A stretch of 64,000 nucleotides of DNA, from contig JBDRBY010000081.1 in NCBI GenBank assembly GCA_043822245.1, forward strand, positions 10,773-74,772, in the 5' to 3' direction. Every line of letters begins with the position of its first letter. The stretch's first letter is position 1. This stretch comes from Candidatus Omnitrophota bacterium. Its GTDB lineage: Bacteria > Omnitrophota > Gorgyraeia > Tantalellales > Tantalellaceae. Both the position numbers and the translations under genes were made by a program. This document shows, piece by piece, positions 1-8,347 of this stretch. The notes beneath the pieces were generated by a model. That model did no database searches. It saw only the letters and a list, made by a program, of their open reading frames with translations, and was not told where the DNA came from.

Positions 1-1515
1 GACAATGTTTTTCAGATCGTCCCGATGGAAGAGCGGATATTTAGTTCAAAGTTATTGATATCACAGGTGCTGGGCAGGGGGTTGCGTATCCCGCGCAAGG
101 TTCTTAATGTTGATATCCTTCAGACCTATCCTTGGCTAACCGTAACCAATCATGAGAAGTTTGCCGGCCATATAAAAGAGCTGATGGATGCGGTTACAAA
201 TTCTGATATATATATTTTATCCGAGCCGTTGCCGATAGTTGATAAAGATAACTGGCGAAGCAAACATCATTTCTCGCTTTTTAATCTCAATTATTTATCG
301 GGAGTTAAATTTGAAGATGTCGATGAAAAGGATCAGTTGCCTCTTCCTGTAAGAGAGCTCGTATTGACAAAGTATGACGTTGATGAAAATGTTATTATTG
401 AACGGATTAAGGGCACAGAGAAATATGCCCTTAAAAAAAAGACCATTTCAGTCGATGCTTTGGTGGACGCGCGTTACCGCCGTTTTAAAAACAGGGAATA
501 CGAGGGGATACATTTTGACTTTGGGAATGGAGACTATAAGCGTTGTCCGGAAGAGGATGAGATCCGGAGCGCTATCCTTGCCGCTATGGAAAAAGCGGAG
601 ATTCCGGATAAAGGTTTAACGGAGGATAATAAAAAGCAGATAGACCTTTTCTTTAATCAATTTCTGCCTCGAGGCAAGAAAAAACGTGTATTCGAAAACA
701 TCAAGGGCGATATTGTACCTGCCAGCACGCAAAAATTAGAGCGCGGATCAATACGGGTCGGAGAGCTGGAGCGCGATGCAACGGCTTTTATCAGCGAATC
801 GTATCAAGAGGAAGTAGATGAAAAAACAAAAGCGCTGCTCAAACACCTTGCCGGTAATAGAAAGCCGAACGCACAGCAAACTCTCTTCCCTTTTGATCCA
901 ATCGGTTTGCTCAGGACACATAAAGAGTATGTTCGAGCATTGATAGAGAACGATGACCGGCCGCCTTACATTGTCAATCCGTCAGTGTTTAAGACGCCTC
1001 AAAGCACAATTCTTGTTACCCATACGCCCGAAAAGGAGTTTGTTTTTCGATTGCTTGAACATTCGCAATATTTGAATGCTTGGATAAAATCTCCGGATAA
1101 AGGGTTTTATTCGATTGATTACGAATATTGGAGGAAAGGAAAGGATCGGGTACGTCGTGGATTTAACCCTGATTTTTTCATTAAGATTAATTTGGATGAT
1201 TATATTGCCCTTTTGAAAAAGAAAGGTGCGGTAAGACATTTAGATGCGTTAAGAGATCTGCAAGAAAAAGGCATCGAGACCATCGTCAGAGTTGTAGAAA
1301 TTAAATCTGATGAAGATGATGACGAGGCAACGCCAGCCAAGGCCGAGTGGGCAAAGGCTCATTTTGAAGCCGTTAATCAGAAGCTACAGGATCCCCTGCC
1401 GGGTAATTTTGACAGGCAGTACGTAGGAGAGATAAAGCAATTCTATACATTTGACCTTCTTAAGCCGGACGGATATGTGAGTTGGTTCGAGGGCCTGAAA
1501 GAAGGGAAAATATGA
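1..1515 (+). CDS. 5'-truncated (window edge) C-terminal portion of an SF2 helicase-nuclease; Type III restriction Res-like
   Basis: Reading frame open to position 1. Helicase motif VI QVLGRGLR lies near the N-terminus of the fragment. The C-terminal region has a PD..ExK-like pattern (NPDFF ... VVEIK), which fits a C-terminal endonuclease as in Type III Res. The downstream neighbours are defense genes. Confidence 0.45.
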   Translation, partial: DNVFQIVPMEERIFSSKLLISQVLGRGLRIPRKVLNVDILQTYPWLTVTNHEKFAGHIKELMDAVTNSDIYILSEPLPIVDKDNWRSKHHFSLFNLNYLSGVKFEDVDEKDQLPLPVRELVLTKYDVDENVIIERIKGTEKYALKKKTISVDALVDARYRRFKNREYEGIHFDFGNGDYKRCPEEDEIRSAILAAMEKAEIPDKGLTEDNKKQIDLFFNQFLPRGKKKRVFENIKGDIVPASTQKLERGSIRVGELERDATAFISESYQEEVDEKTKALLKHLAGNRKPNAQQTLFPFDPIGLLRTHKEYVRALIENDDRPPYIVNPSVFKTPQSTILVTHTPEKEFVFRLLEHSQYLNAWIKSPDKGFYSIDYEYWRKGKDRVRRGFNPDFFIKINLDDYIALLKKKGAVRHLDALRDLQEKGIETIVRVVEIKSDEDDDEATPAKAEWAKAHFEAVNQKLQDPLPGNFDRQYVGEIKQFYTFDLLKPDGYVSWFEGLKEGKI

Positions 1516-1533
1516 GGATGATGAAGAAGGATT

Positions 1534-1695
1534 ATGCCGGATGATTTATTTGATGAGTTTTTGGGATACGATTTTGTTATGGGCGCGGATGTCGTGAAAT
1601 GCCCGCATTGCGGGGCCGATGTGCCCTGTAGTTTGTTTTTCGATGACGAGGTCGAATGCCCAAAGTGTGGAAAGAAGTTTAAAAAGGATGATTGA
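1534..1695 (+). CDS. small zinc-ribbon protein (53 aa, CPHC...CPKC)
   Basis: ATG at 1534 with a purine-rich upstream stretch. Two CxxC pairs (CPHCG, CPKCG). Lies between the Res-like gene and the GHKL gene. Too short for the ORF track. Confidence 0.3.
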   Translation: MPDDLFDEFLGYDFVMGADVVKCPHCGADVPCSLFFDDEVECPKCGKKFKKDD

Positions 1696-1732
1696 AAGAT
1701 GCATAGATTAAATTTAAAGCGAGGAGAGTTGT

Positions 1733-3385
1733 ATGACTGAATCACCATTTGAAATGCGGTTTGATCCTCAGACAATAAAGCATCTTGGTGTACGAATGTA
1801 TTCTAGACTTGCGCCCGCATTGGCGGAGATTGTTTCAAATGCGTATGATGCTGACGCAACTAATGTTACAATTACTTTGATCGAAAAAGACGGAAATCCA
1901 GAGGAAATACGGATTGAAGATGATGGAATAGGAATCGCATACGATGAAATCAATAGTAAATTTCTAGTAATTGGTAGAAACAGGCGTGATGCTGAAGGAG
2001 ATAATCGTTCAGAAAAGCATAAGCGCTTGCCTACCGGTAAAAAAGGTCTTGGAAAACTCGCGCTGTTTGGACTTGCCAAAACTATTACAATTTCAACAAA
2101 ACATTCCGGAACGCAAAATGAATTTGTATTAGCATGGGATGATTTGATGATAGCAAAGGGTAGTTATCGACCTAGAGCAAATAGCATTAACGTTAGCACA
2201 AGCGATGCCGATGGGACGATAATTACGTTGACAGGATTAAAACGAAAAACACCATTTGATTTTAATGGATTAGCGGACAGTTTATCTCGAATATTTATTT
2301 TCGATGAAAGTTTTAATTTGGTTCTTGAATCACCTTCGGGAGACAGAATCTCAGTAGATAATAAGAGAAAATATAGCCTATTGGATAAGGAATTTGAGTG
2401 GGATCTTGGGTCAACATTATTGGTACCTTCAGAATCTGAATATCACGGAAAAATAAACGGGCACCTAATAACTTCGGAAAAACCGATTACACCTTCTTCT
2501 GGTCTAAGAGGGATAACTCTTTTTTCGAGAGGAAAGCTTGTAAATGCTCCTGAATTTTTCTCCAGTAGCGCTTCAAGCCACTTTTTTCAATACCTTACCG
2601 GATGGATAAGTGTAGATTTTATAGATCTCTTAGACGATGATGTTATATCAACGAATCGTCAATCCATAGATTGGGAACATCCCGATATGACTAAATTAAG
2701 AAAATTTCTTTCAGGAATAGTTTCACAAATTAATGCGGATTGGAGAAAGAAAAGAAAGGAAAAAAAAGACAAAGATTTAAAAGAGAAAACCGGAATTGAT
2801 ACTGGAAAATGGATAGATACAATGCCTGACGATGTAAAAGCGAATGCAGCACAAATTATTGAGACATTAGGTGGAGAAGATGCGCTTGAGAAATTTACTC
2901 CTATAATAAAAGCTCTACACGAAATTGTGCCTGAATATCCTCTTTTACATTGGCGTCATTTACATCCTGTTGTGCAAGAAAAATCTAAGCAGTACTATAT
3001 TAATAAAGATTATTATACTGCTTTCATCGAGGCCATTAAAAAATATGCAGATTCAGTTAAACAAAAGTCCGGTAGCACTGTAACTCCCGATATCAGTTTA
3101 ATGGGGGCTGTATTCAAAGAAGCAGCGGGTGACTTAGATGTTATAGGCAATTACAAAAAACAAGATGACGGTGAATTTACAGCAGACACTAAGAATAATA
3201 TCCAAAGTGGACAACAACATTTGTCTCAAGGTATTATAGCTGGAGGACGTAATCCATTATCACATGAGGAACATGATGAATTAAGAATATCCGGTTTGTT
3301 TTCAGAAAAAGATTGCTTAGACTTACTTAGTTTATTGTCCCATTTATTTAAAAGGCTTGATAATTCCGTAAAGAGAGAGACGTGA
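1733..3385 (+). CDS. GHKL/MORC-like ATPase (HATPase_c_3) fused to a C-terminal HEPN-like domain
   Basis: Bergerat-fold motifs are present: N-box AEIVSNAYDADAT (ExxxNxxDA), G1 box EDDGIGI (DxGxG) and G2 box GKKGLGKLALFG. Near the C-terminus GGRNPLSHEEHD fits the HEPN Rx4-6H signature. The stop codon overlaps the GTG start of dcm (GTGA). Confidence 0.6.
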   Translation: MTESPFEMRFDPQTIKHLGVRMYSRLAPALAEIVSNAYDADATNVTITLIEKDGNPEEIRIEDDGIGIAYDEINSKFLVIGRNRRDAEGDNRSEKHKRLPTGKKGLGKLALFGLAKTITISTKHSGTQNEFVLAWDDLMIAKGSYRPRANSINVSTSDADGTIITLTGLKRKTPFDFNGLADSLSRIFIFDESFNLVLESPSGDRISVDNKRKYSLLDKEFEWDLGSTLLVPSESEYHGKINGHLITSEKPITPSSGLRGITLFSRGKLVNAPEFFSSSASSHFFQYLTGWISVDFIDLLDDDVISTNRQSIDWEHPDMTKLRKFLSGIVSQINADWRKKRKEKKDKDLKEKTGIDTGKWIDTMPDDVKANAAQIIETLGGEDALEKFTPIIKALHEIVPEYPLLHWRHLHPVVQEKSKQYYINKDYYTAFIEAIKKYADSVKQKSGSTVTPDISLMGAVFKEAAGDLDVIGNYKKQDDGEFTADTKNNIQSGQQHLSQGIIAGGRNPLSHEEHDELRISGLFSEKDCLDLLSLLSHLFKRLDNSVKRET

Positions 3386-4413
3386 TTAGAAATAAATATA
3401 ATGCCATAGACTTGTTTGCCGGTTGCGGCGGATTGTCGGAAGGATTGAAGCAAGCCGGATTTTGTACAATAGCGGCTTGCGAAATTGATCCGGTTGCCGT
3501 TGCGACTTACCGGCTTAATCATCCCAGTGTTACTGTGTTTGAGAACGATATTAAGCTGGTAAATACATCCGAAGTGAAAAAACTATTGGGAGGCGAGCCG
3601 GTACATTTATTAGCCGGTTGTCCGCCTTGCCAAGGTTTTTCTTCTTTGAGAAGGCTAAATAAAAAAAGATCAGTGCGGGATGGGCGTAATTCCTTAGTCG
3701 ACGAGTATTACCGATTTATTGAAAAACTCAGACCGTTAACTATCATGATGGAGAATGTGCCGGGGTTGCAAAATTATTTCAAATTTCAAAATATGATTAA
3801 GAAATTAGAAAGAATGGGCTATCGACTTGATACTGCAGTTGTCAACGTAGCTGATTACGGAGTGCCTCAACGGAGGAAAAGATTGATTGTGGTAGGTTCT
3901 TTGCTTAATGAAATAAAAATTGCGCCCAGTGTAAATATCAAGAAAACAGTGGCAATGTGTATTGGTTCCATCGAATCTATACAAGAAACGAAAGATTCAC
4001 TCCATAAAATAGTAGCGAAACATACTGATAAAATAATGGAGATGATTAGATTGATACCTAAGGACGGCGGCAGTAGAACTGATTTACCGAAAAAATATAT
4101 TTTGAAATGTCATAAACGCGACAATGTCGGATTCAATGACATTTACGGTCGGCTTAAATGGGATGATTGTTCGTCTACGATAACCGGAGGTTGTCTTAAT
4201 CCCTCAAAAGGGCGCTTTTTACATCCGTCTGAGCATCGAGCTATTACTGCTCGTGAGGCAGCTCTACTGCAAACTTTTCCTATGAATTATGAGTTTCCGG
4301 AAAATGCAACTAAAACTAAGATTGCATTAATGATAGGGAATGCATTGCCTCCGGAATTTTGTCGTTTGCAAGCGAAAAACATATTGGATCACCTGGTTGT
4401 GAATTATGGCTGA
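3382..4413 (+). CDS. dcm: C5 cytosine-specific DNA methyltransferase
   Basis: Motif I DLFAGCGG, motif IV GCPPCQGFS, motif VI ENVPGL, motif VIII QRRKR and motif X GNALPP are all present. Confidence 0.9.
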   Translation: MIRNKYNAIDLFAGCGGLSEGLKQAGFCTIAACEIDPVAVATYRLNHPSVTVFENDIKLVNTSEVKKLLGGEPVHLLAGCPPCQGFSSLRRLNKKRSVRDGRNSLVDEYYRFIEKLRPLTIMMENVPGLQNYFKFQNMIKKLERMGYRLDTAVVNVADYGVPQRRKRLIVVGSLLNEIKIAPSVNIKKTVAMCIGSIESIQETKDSLHKIVAKHTDKIMEMIRLIPKDGGSRTDLPKKYILKCHKRDNVGFNDIYGRLKWDDCSSTITGGCLNPSKGRFLHPSEHRAITAREAALLQTFPMNYEFPENATKTKIALMIGNALPPEFCRLQAKNILDHLVVNYG

Positions 4414-4825
4414 TATCTTTTCTCCGAGCAAAAGAACTGAGATAATGAAGAAGATTCGCACTAAAGATACCGGGTGCGAATTGACGGTTAGAAAGATGAT
4501 TTATGCTATGGGGTATCGCTATCGTTTACATAAGAAAAGTTTACCTGGAAACCCGGACATAGTTTTTAATAGGCGCAAAAAGGTAATATTCGTTAACGGA
4601 TGTCTTTGGCACGGATGTAAGAAGTGTAGTCGATCTAAGTTGCCGGAATCTAACGAAAAATTTTGGAAAGATAAAATTCAAGGAAATTTTGTACGGGACA
4701 AACGAAATTATAAAGAATTAAAAAAACTCGGATGGAATTATTTTTGTGTTTGGCAATGTGAGATTAAGAAAAAGAACGAAGATAAATTGAAATCGAGAAT
4801 AGATAAATATTTGAGAAGTGAGTAA
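4406..4825 (+). CDS. vsr: very short patch repair endonuclease Vsr
   Basis: FVNGCLWHGC and ...GWNYFCVWQCE align with Vsr (FxDGCFWHxH ... GWxVxxVWEC). The start overlaps the dcm stop by 8 nt. Confidence 0.85.
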   Translation: MADIFSPSKRTEIMKKIRTKDTGCELTVRKMIYAMGYRYRLHKKSLPGNPDIVFNRRKKVIFVNGCLWHGCKKCSRSKLPESNEKFWKDKIQGNFVRDKRNYKELKKLGWNYFCVWQCEIKKKNEDKLKSRIDKYLRSE

Positions 4826-4925
4826 AAATGAACTTCTCGATATTGATTTAACAATCAATAGTACAGTTAAGGATTTCATGTAATTCCGGTGTCGTGCGGC
4901 GCAGTCCAAAATAATTAAGAGTAAA

Positions 4926-5603
4926 ATGACCAAAAAAATCATATCTGAAATTGATAACGAGCTAATTGCCGAAGAAAGTATTTTGGGAAATTCTAAATTT
5001 GTTTCACCGGATGAGTGGGGTGGATTCTGTACCTATCTTTTGAAACAGAATAGATATGTTTTGAGCAAGAAATGGAAAAGATTTATTGAAACGGTTTTGT
5101 TCACAGCTAAGAAACGGGAGCATCTTTTAAAATCAGGATCGGTATTATGCCGTGCGCGTATCGGTAGCGATGAACATGAGTATGAAGATGATCAAGGTGA
5201 ATATAGAATTGATATTAATCCGTTGCCTCCACCGGAAATAGATGCTCCACTTAGCGGAAAGGCGATAGAGGGGAGAATAAATCCTAAAGGGATTTCCTAT
5301 CTTTATTTAGCAAATAGTATCGAAACAGCTATATCGGAAGTCAGACCTTGGCTCAAACAGGAAGTTACGGTGGGACGGTTTAGCCTAGGTAAAGATGTAC
5401 TCCTTGTTGACGCATCTCAGGATAAACATAGTCGGTACGTTCTTTCAGAAAGAAAGATTGAAGAGCCATCGGAAAAATGGGAACCATTTGTCTGGAGAGA
5501 TATTAACCAATCTTTTTCTATCCCGGTTATATTCGGCGAAGAGCATATTCACTATGTTCCGACTCAATATTTATCTGAATGCTTTAAAAATGCGGTAAGT
5601 TAG
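4926..5603 (+). CDS. RES-domain protein (putative NAD+-targeting toxin of Xre-RES type), with a ~70-aa N-terminal extension
   Basis: LCRARIG ... GRINPKGISYLYLANSIETAISEV matches the RES-domain Arg, Glu and Ser conserved blocks (YRARxG ... GRxNxxGxxxLYxAxxxxTAxxE). Confidence 0.5.
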   Translation: MTKKIISEIDNELIAEESILGNSKFVSPDEWGGFCTYLLKQNRYVLSKKWKRFIETVLFTAKKREHLLKSGSVLCRARIGSDEHEYEDDQGEYRIDINPLPPPEIDAPLSGKAIEGRINPKGISYLYLANSIETAISEVRPWLKQEVTVGRFSLGKDVLLVDASQDKHSRYVLSERKIEEPSEKWEPFVWRDINQSFSIPVIFGEEHIHYVPTQYLSECFKNAVS

Positions 5604-5660
5604 GGGGACACAATACTTAATTATGGCAAACAGAGAAATGAATTAAGTATTGTTTCCCTC
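5603..5660 (+). repeat. imperfect 22-bp inverted repeat (tagggggacacaatacttaatt / aattaagtattgtttccctcta) with an 18-nt spacer, overlapping the stop codon of the RES gene
   Basis: 19/22 complementary positions. It sits at the downstream edge of the defense island. Confidence 0.6.
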
Positions 5661-5696
5661 TAACTTACTGAATTATAGAAATTTTAATTTAAAAAA

Positions 5697-5730
5697 ATAC
5701 CCCGTGGTCCTCCTTTGAAAAGGGGGAAAC
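5697..5730 (+). repeat. Repeat B-like hairpin
   Basis: cctcctttgaaaagggggaaac. Confidence 0.4.
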
Positions 5731-5747
5731 ATCACGCTGTTTATTTC

Positions 5748-5790
5748 AGGCAAAGCAGCCGTAGAGACGCGATTAATTGCGTCTCTGCCA
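5748..5790 (+). repeat. Repeat A partial copy (hairpin-1 module gtagagacgcgattaattgcgtctc)
   Basis: Shares gtagagacgcga...tcgcgtctc with copies 1 and 2, but the loop differs. Confidence 0.5.
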
Positions 5791-5856
5791 AATTTTTGTC
5801 GTCAACTATTTCTGTAGGTTGCATTTTCCGCGCCGATTAGGTATATTTGAGGTACT

Positions 5857-6225
5857 ATGGTATGGGAAGGAATGGACGAGAGAAGATTCCCCAGGGTTAA
5901 ATACACATGTTTGATTAAGGTGCATGGCGAAGATCAAGAAAAGCCGATTGAAGCCTTTACCGAAAACATTGGAACTGGAGGGGTATGCGTGATTGTGGAA
6001 AAGGAGTTTAAGCTTTTTGAGGGAATATCTCTTGAGATAGCATTAGGTGATGGAGGAGATATAATTTTATGTAAAGGAACAATAGTATGGGTGGTGAAAA
6101 AACACTGCGTAAAGAAATTAGAGAAAAACACATATGACGTTGGTGTGGAATTTTTAGATATACTGAAGGAAGATAAACAGCGCGTAGCCAATCTTGTTCA
6201 AGCGGGTTCAATTGCTAAAACTTGA
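5857..6225 (+). CDS. PilZ domain protein (c-di-GMP receptor family)
   Basis: RxxxR motif (ERRFPRV) and DxSxGG-like motif (ENIGTGGVCV). An alternative start ATG lies at 5872. Confidence 0.65.
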   Translation: MVWEGMDERRFPRVKYTCLIKVHGEDQEKPIEAFTENIGTGGVCVIVEKEFKLFEGISLEIALGDGGDIILCKGTIVWVVKKHCVKKLEKNTYDVGVEFLDILKEDKQRVANLVQAGSIAKT

Positions 6226-6302
6226 CATCCAAAAACGCGCGTGATATACTCCACGGCGATTGGATTTTTTAAGTCTATTTCGAAGAAGGAGGTGAAAAAA
6301 TT

Positions 6303-6632
6303 ATGCAGAGGATAGTAAAAACGTTATTTGTTTGTTGCGTTGTTGTATCTATGGTAGGTATGGCCGCTCAGTGTTACGCTCAGGATCCAGCGAAAAAATT
6401 AAGCAGGGGCATTGCTAATGTCTTGACGGGTTGGGTAGAGCTCCCCAAAAATATCTATGAAACAAGCGTTGAAGAAAATGTGCTCTCTGGCCTTACGATG
6501 GGTCTGGCCAAAGGTGTTGGTATGACAATAGTTAGAACGGGCGCTGGTGTCTATGAGGCAGTGACGTTTCCGTTTCCAATACCAGAAGAATATGAGCCTG
6601 TCTTAGAGCCTGAATTTGTATTTAGTGAATAA
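6303..6632 (+). CDS. small secreted protein, exosortase-system-associated TIGR04073-like
   Basis: N-terminal signal peptide, then SRGIANVLTGWVELP, resembling the TIGR04073 core. The call is from recall and not verified. An RBS (aaggaggtgaaaaaatt) precedes the ATG. Confidence 0.35.
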   Translation: MQRIVKTLFVCCVVVSMVGMAAQCYAQDPAKKLSRGIANVLTGWVELPKNIYETSVEENVLSGLTMGLAKGVGMTIVRTGAGVYEAVTFPFPIPEEYEPVLEPEFVFSE

Positions 6633-6733
6633 TTTTACGAAGATGATTAATCAATCATTTGGACGAAAAGGGAGCGATTAGACGTCGTTCCTTTTCCGTT
6701 TTAGGAGACGTTTCTACAAAAAAAGGAAAACTT

Positions 6734-7093
6734 ATGGGAGAAAAGAGAAAATACATGCGGTTTGATGTTTTGCTTGAGGCGGTATGCTATACAGGAAAAG
6801 CGTTAAAAAAGTTAAAAGTAAACAATTTTTGCAAAGAAGGAATAGGCATATTAAGCGCTTCCCCTTTTTCTCAGGGGAAAGCTCTTGAGATAGAAATGAT
6901 GATTCCCGGAGATAATGTTCCGATAGTGGTTGAGGGTGAGATTGCCTGGACAAGCGCGGCAGTTTCAGATAATATGCAATATCAGGGAGGTGTTAAGTTT
7001 AAAAAAATTAGCAACGAGGATAAGAGCAGAGTGCTTGAGTACATTTATAAAAATTGGATAAAAAACGAGGGTCCTGAAAAAAACAATGAATAA
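6734..7093 (+). CDS. PilZ domain protein
   Basis: The ATG at 6734 is preceded by aaggaaaa. It has the RxxxR motif (KRKYMRF) and the GxG motif (KEGIGI). The ORF-track start at 6659 is a TTG extension. Confidence 0.6.
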   Translation: MGEKRKYMRFDVLLEAVCYTGKALKKLKVNNFCKEGIGILSASPFSQGKALEIEMMIPGDNVPIVVEGEIAWTSAAVSDNMQYQGGVKFKKISNEDKSRVLEYIYKNWIKNEGPEKNNE

Positions 7094-7103
7094 TGGAGGA
7101 AAA

Positions 7104-7391
7104 ATGAACTTAGATGAACAGAAAAAAGATGAAATAAATGAAACTGAAAATAAGGAAGAAAAGCCGAAACAAGAGGAGTCTTCCAAACAAGAAAAGAAGA
7201 AAGAATCTCCAAAAGAAAAAAAGGGTGACGCGAACCAGCCTAAACGTACGGCCCCTCTTAAACCTGCCGAATGCGCAGGATGTAGCAAGGCGTTATTGAA
7301 GAAGCTGTGGTATTACCGCGATGACGCTTTCTATTGCAATAAAAAGTGTTATAAGCGAAAGATAGAGGCGGACAGAAAGAAAGAAAAATAA
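7104..7391 (+). CDS. Lys/Glu-rich low-complexity protein with a C-terminal CxxC...CxxxC zinc-ribbon
   Basis: The RBS ggagg lies 8 nt upstream of ATG 7104. The N-terminus is highly charged and K/E-rich, followed by ECAGC...CNKKC. Confidence 0.4.
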   Translation: MNLDEQKKDEINETENKEEKPKQEESSKQEKKKESPKEKKGDANQPKRTAPLKPAECAGCSKALLKKLWYYRDDAFYCNKKCYKRKIEADRKKEK

Positions 7392-7512
7392 ATTCGCAAG
7401 ACGCGTAGATAACCACGGGCGGGGTTTAGACCACGCCTGCGGCTTTGTCGAAGGCGGCACGCTCTACATTTGATTTTTATCTTGTTGAAAAATACAAGGC
7501 GCGTGTTATAAT

Positions 7513-7869
7513 ATGTCCATTGTGGCGGATGATTGTATTTTTTGCAAAATGGTGGAAAAGAATGTAAATGCCGAGACGGTTTACGAAGATGAAGAGGTTA
7601 TGGCGTTTAAGGATCTCAAACCGCAGGCTCCGGTTCATTTCCTTTTTATACCCAAAAAGCACATTTCTACTCTGAATGATATCTCGTGTCAAGATGTTGT
7701 TTTAATTGGTAACTTGTTTGCGAGAATTAAAGAAGTTGCCCATAAAAAGGGCTTAGATAAAGATGGATACCGTGTGGTCGTAAATTGTGGTAAAAATGCT
7801 GGGCAGGAAGTTTTTCATTTGCACGCGCATCTCCTGGGAGGCAGAGTTTTTTCATGGCCCCCGGGATAA
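7513..7869 (+). CDS. HIT family (Hint-like) nucleotide hydrolase
   Basis: Histidine triad HLHAHLLGG, plus the conserved N-terminal CIFCKM...VYEDEE...AFKD block. Confidence 0.85.
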   Translation: MSIVADDCIFCKMVEKNVNAETVYEDEEVMAFKDLKPQAPVHFLFIPKKHISTLNDISCQDVVLIGNLFARIKEVAHKKGLDKDGYRVVVNCGKNAGQEVFHLHAHLLGGRVFSWPPG

Positions 7870-7917
7870 GACGCGAACAACGAGCGACGAACGACGAGAG
7901 ACGAATAGGAGGATAAG

Positions 7918-8283
7918 ATGGAACATAAAAATGAACGCCGAAACTATCCGCGCGTGAAAGACGAAAATGTGTCTGTTAAACTGTCAGGGGAAGGCTTCAA
8001 TACTATTACACAAAGTCTGGATTTAAGCGCTTCAGGTGTTTATTGTAAGGTGGCCGAACGCATACCCTTGATGACACGAGTACAGGTTGTTCTTGTTCTT
8101 CCTGCCAAACAAAACTCATCTTCTGTAACTATGAATGTTGAAGGAGTTGTTGTAAGAGAGAATTCGCTTAAAAAAGACGGCAAGGTAGAACAGTATGATA
8201 TTGCTATTTTTTTTAGCAGCCTTTTGCCGAAAGAGAGAAAACAACTCATGCAATACATTAGCCGAAAATTAATACAGAGTTAA
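7918..8283 (+). CDS. PilZ domain protein
   Basis: ERRNYPRV (RxxxR) and DLSASGVYCKV (DxSxGG-like). RBS ggagga upstream. Confidence 0.65.
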   Translation: MEHKNERRNYPRVKDENVSVKLSGEGFNTITQSLDLSASGVYCKVAERIPLMTRVQVVLVLPAKQNSSSVTMNVEGVVVRENSLKKDGKVEQYDIAIFFSSLLPKERKQLMQYISRKLIQS

Positions 8284-8347
8284 TCGGTCCTTCCATTCCG
8301 CTTGAGCGCGAGCCAATAGCAGAGATAATAGGAGAATAATTTTTGAT

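Noticed and set aside
374-619. Nested + ORFs inside larger genes (374-619, 5395-5598, 11996-12184, 29066-29257, 33527-33721)
   Set aside because: These are out-of-frame ORFs embedded in confidently assigned CDS, with no independent evidence.
7483-7512. Promoter TTGAAA-16-TATAAT directly abutting the ATG of the HIT gene
   Set aside because: The -10 box ends at the start codon. That would make the mRNA leaderless or would require the conserved CIFCK N-terminus to be skipped, so this is too ambiguous to call.
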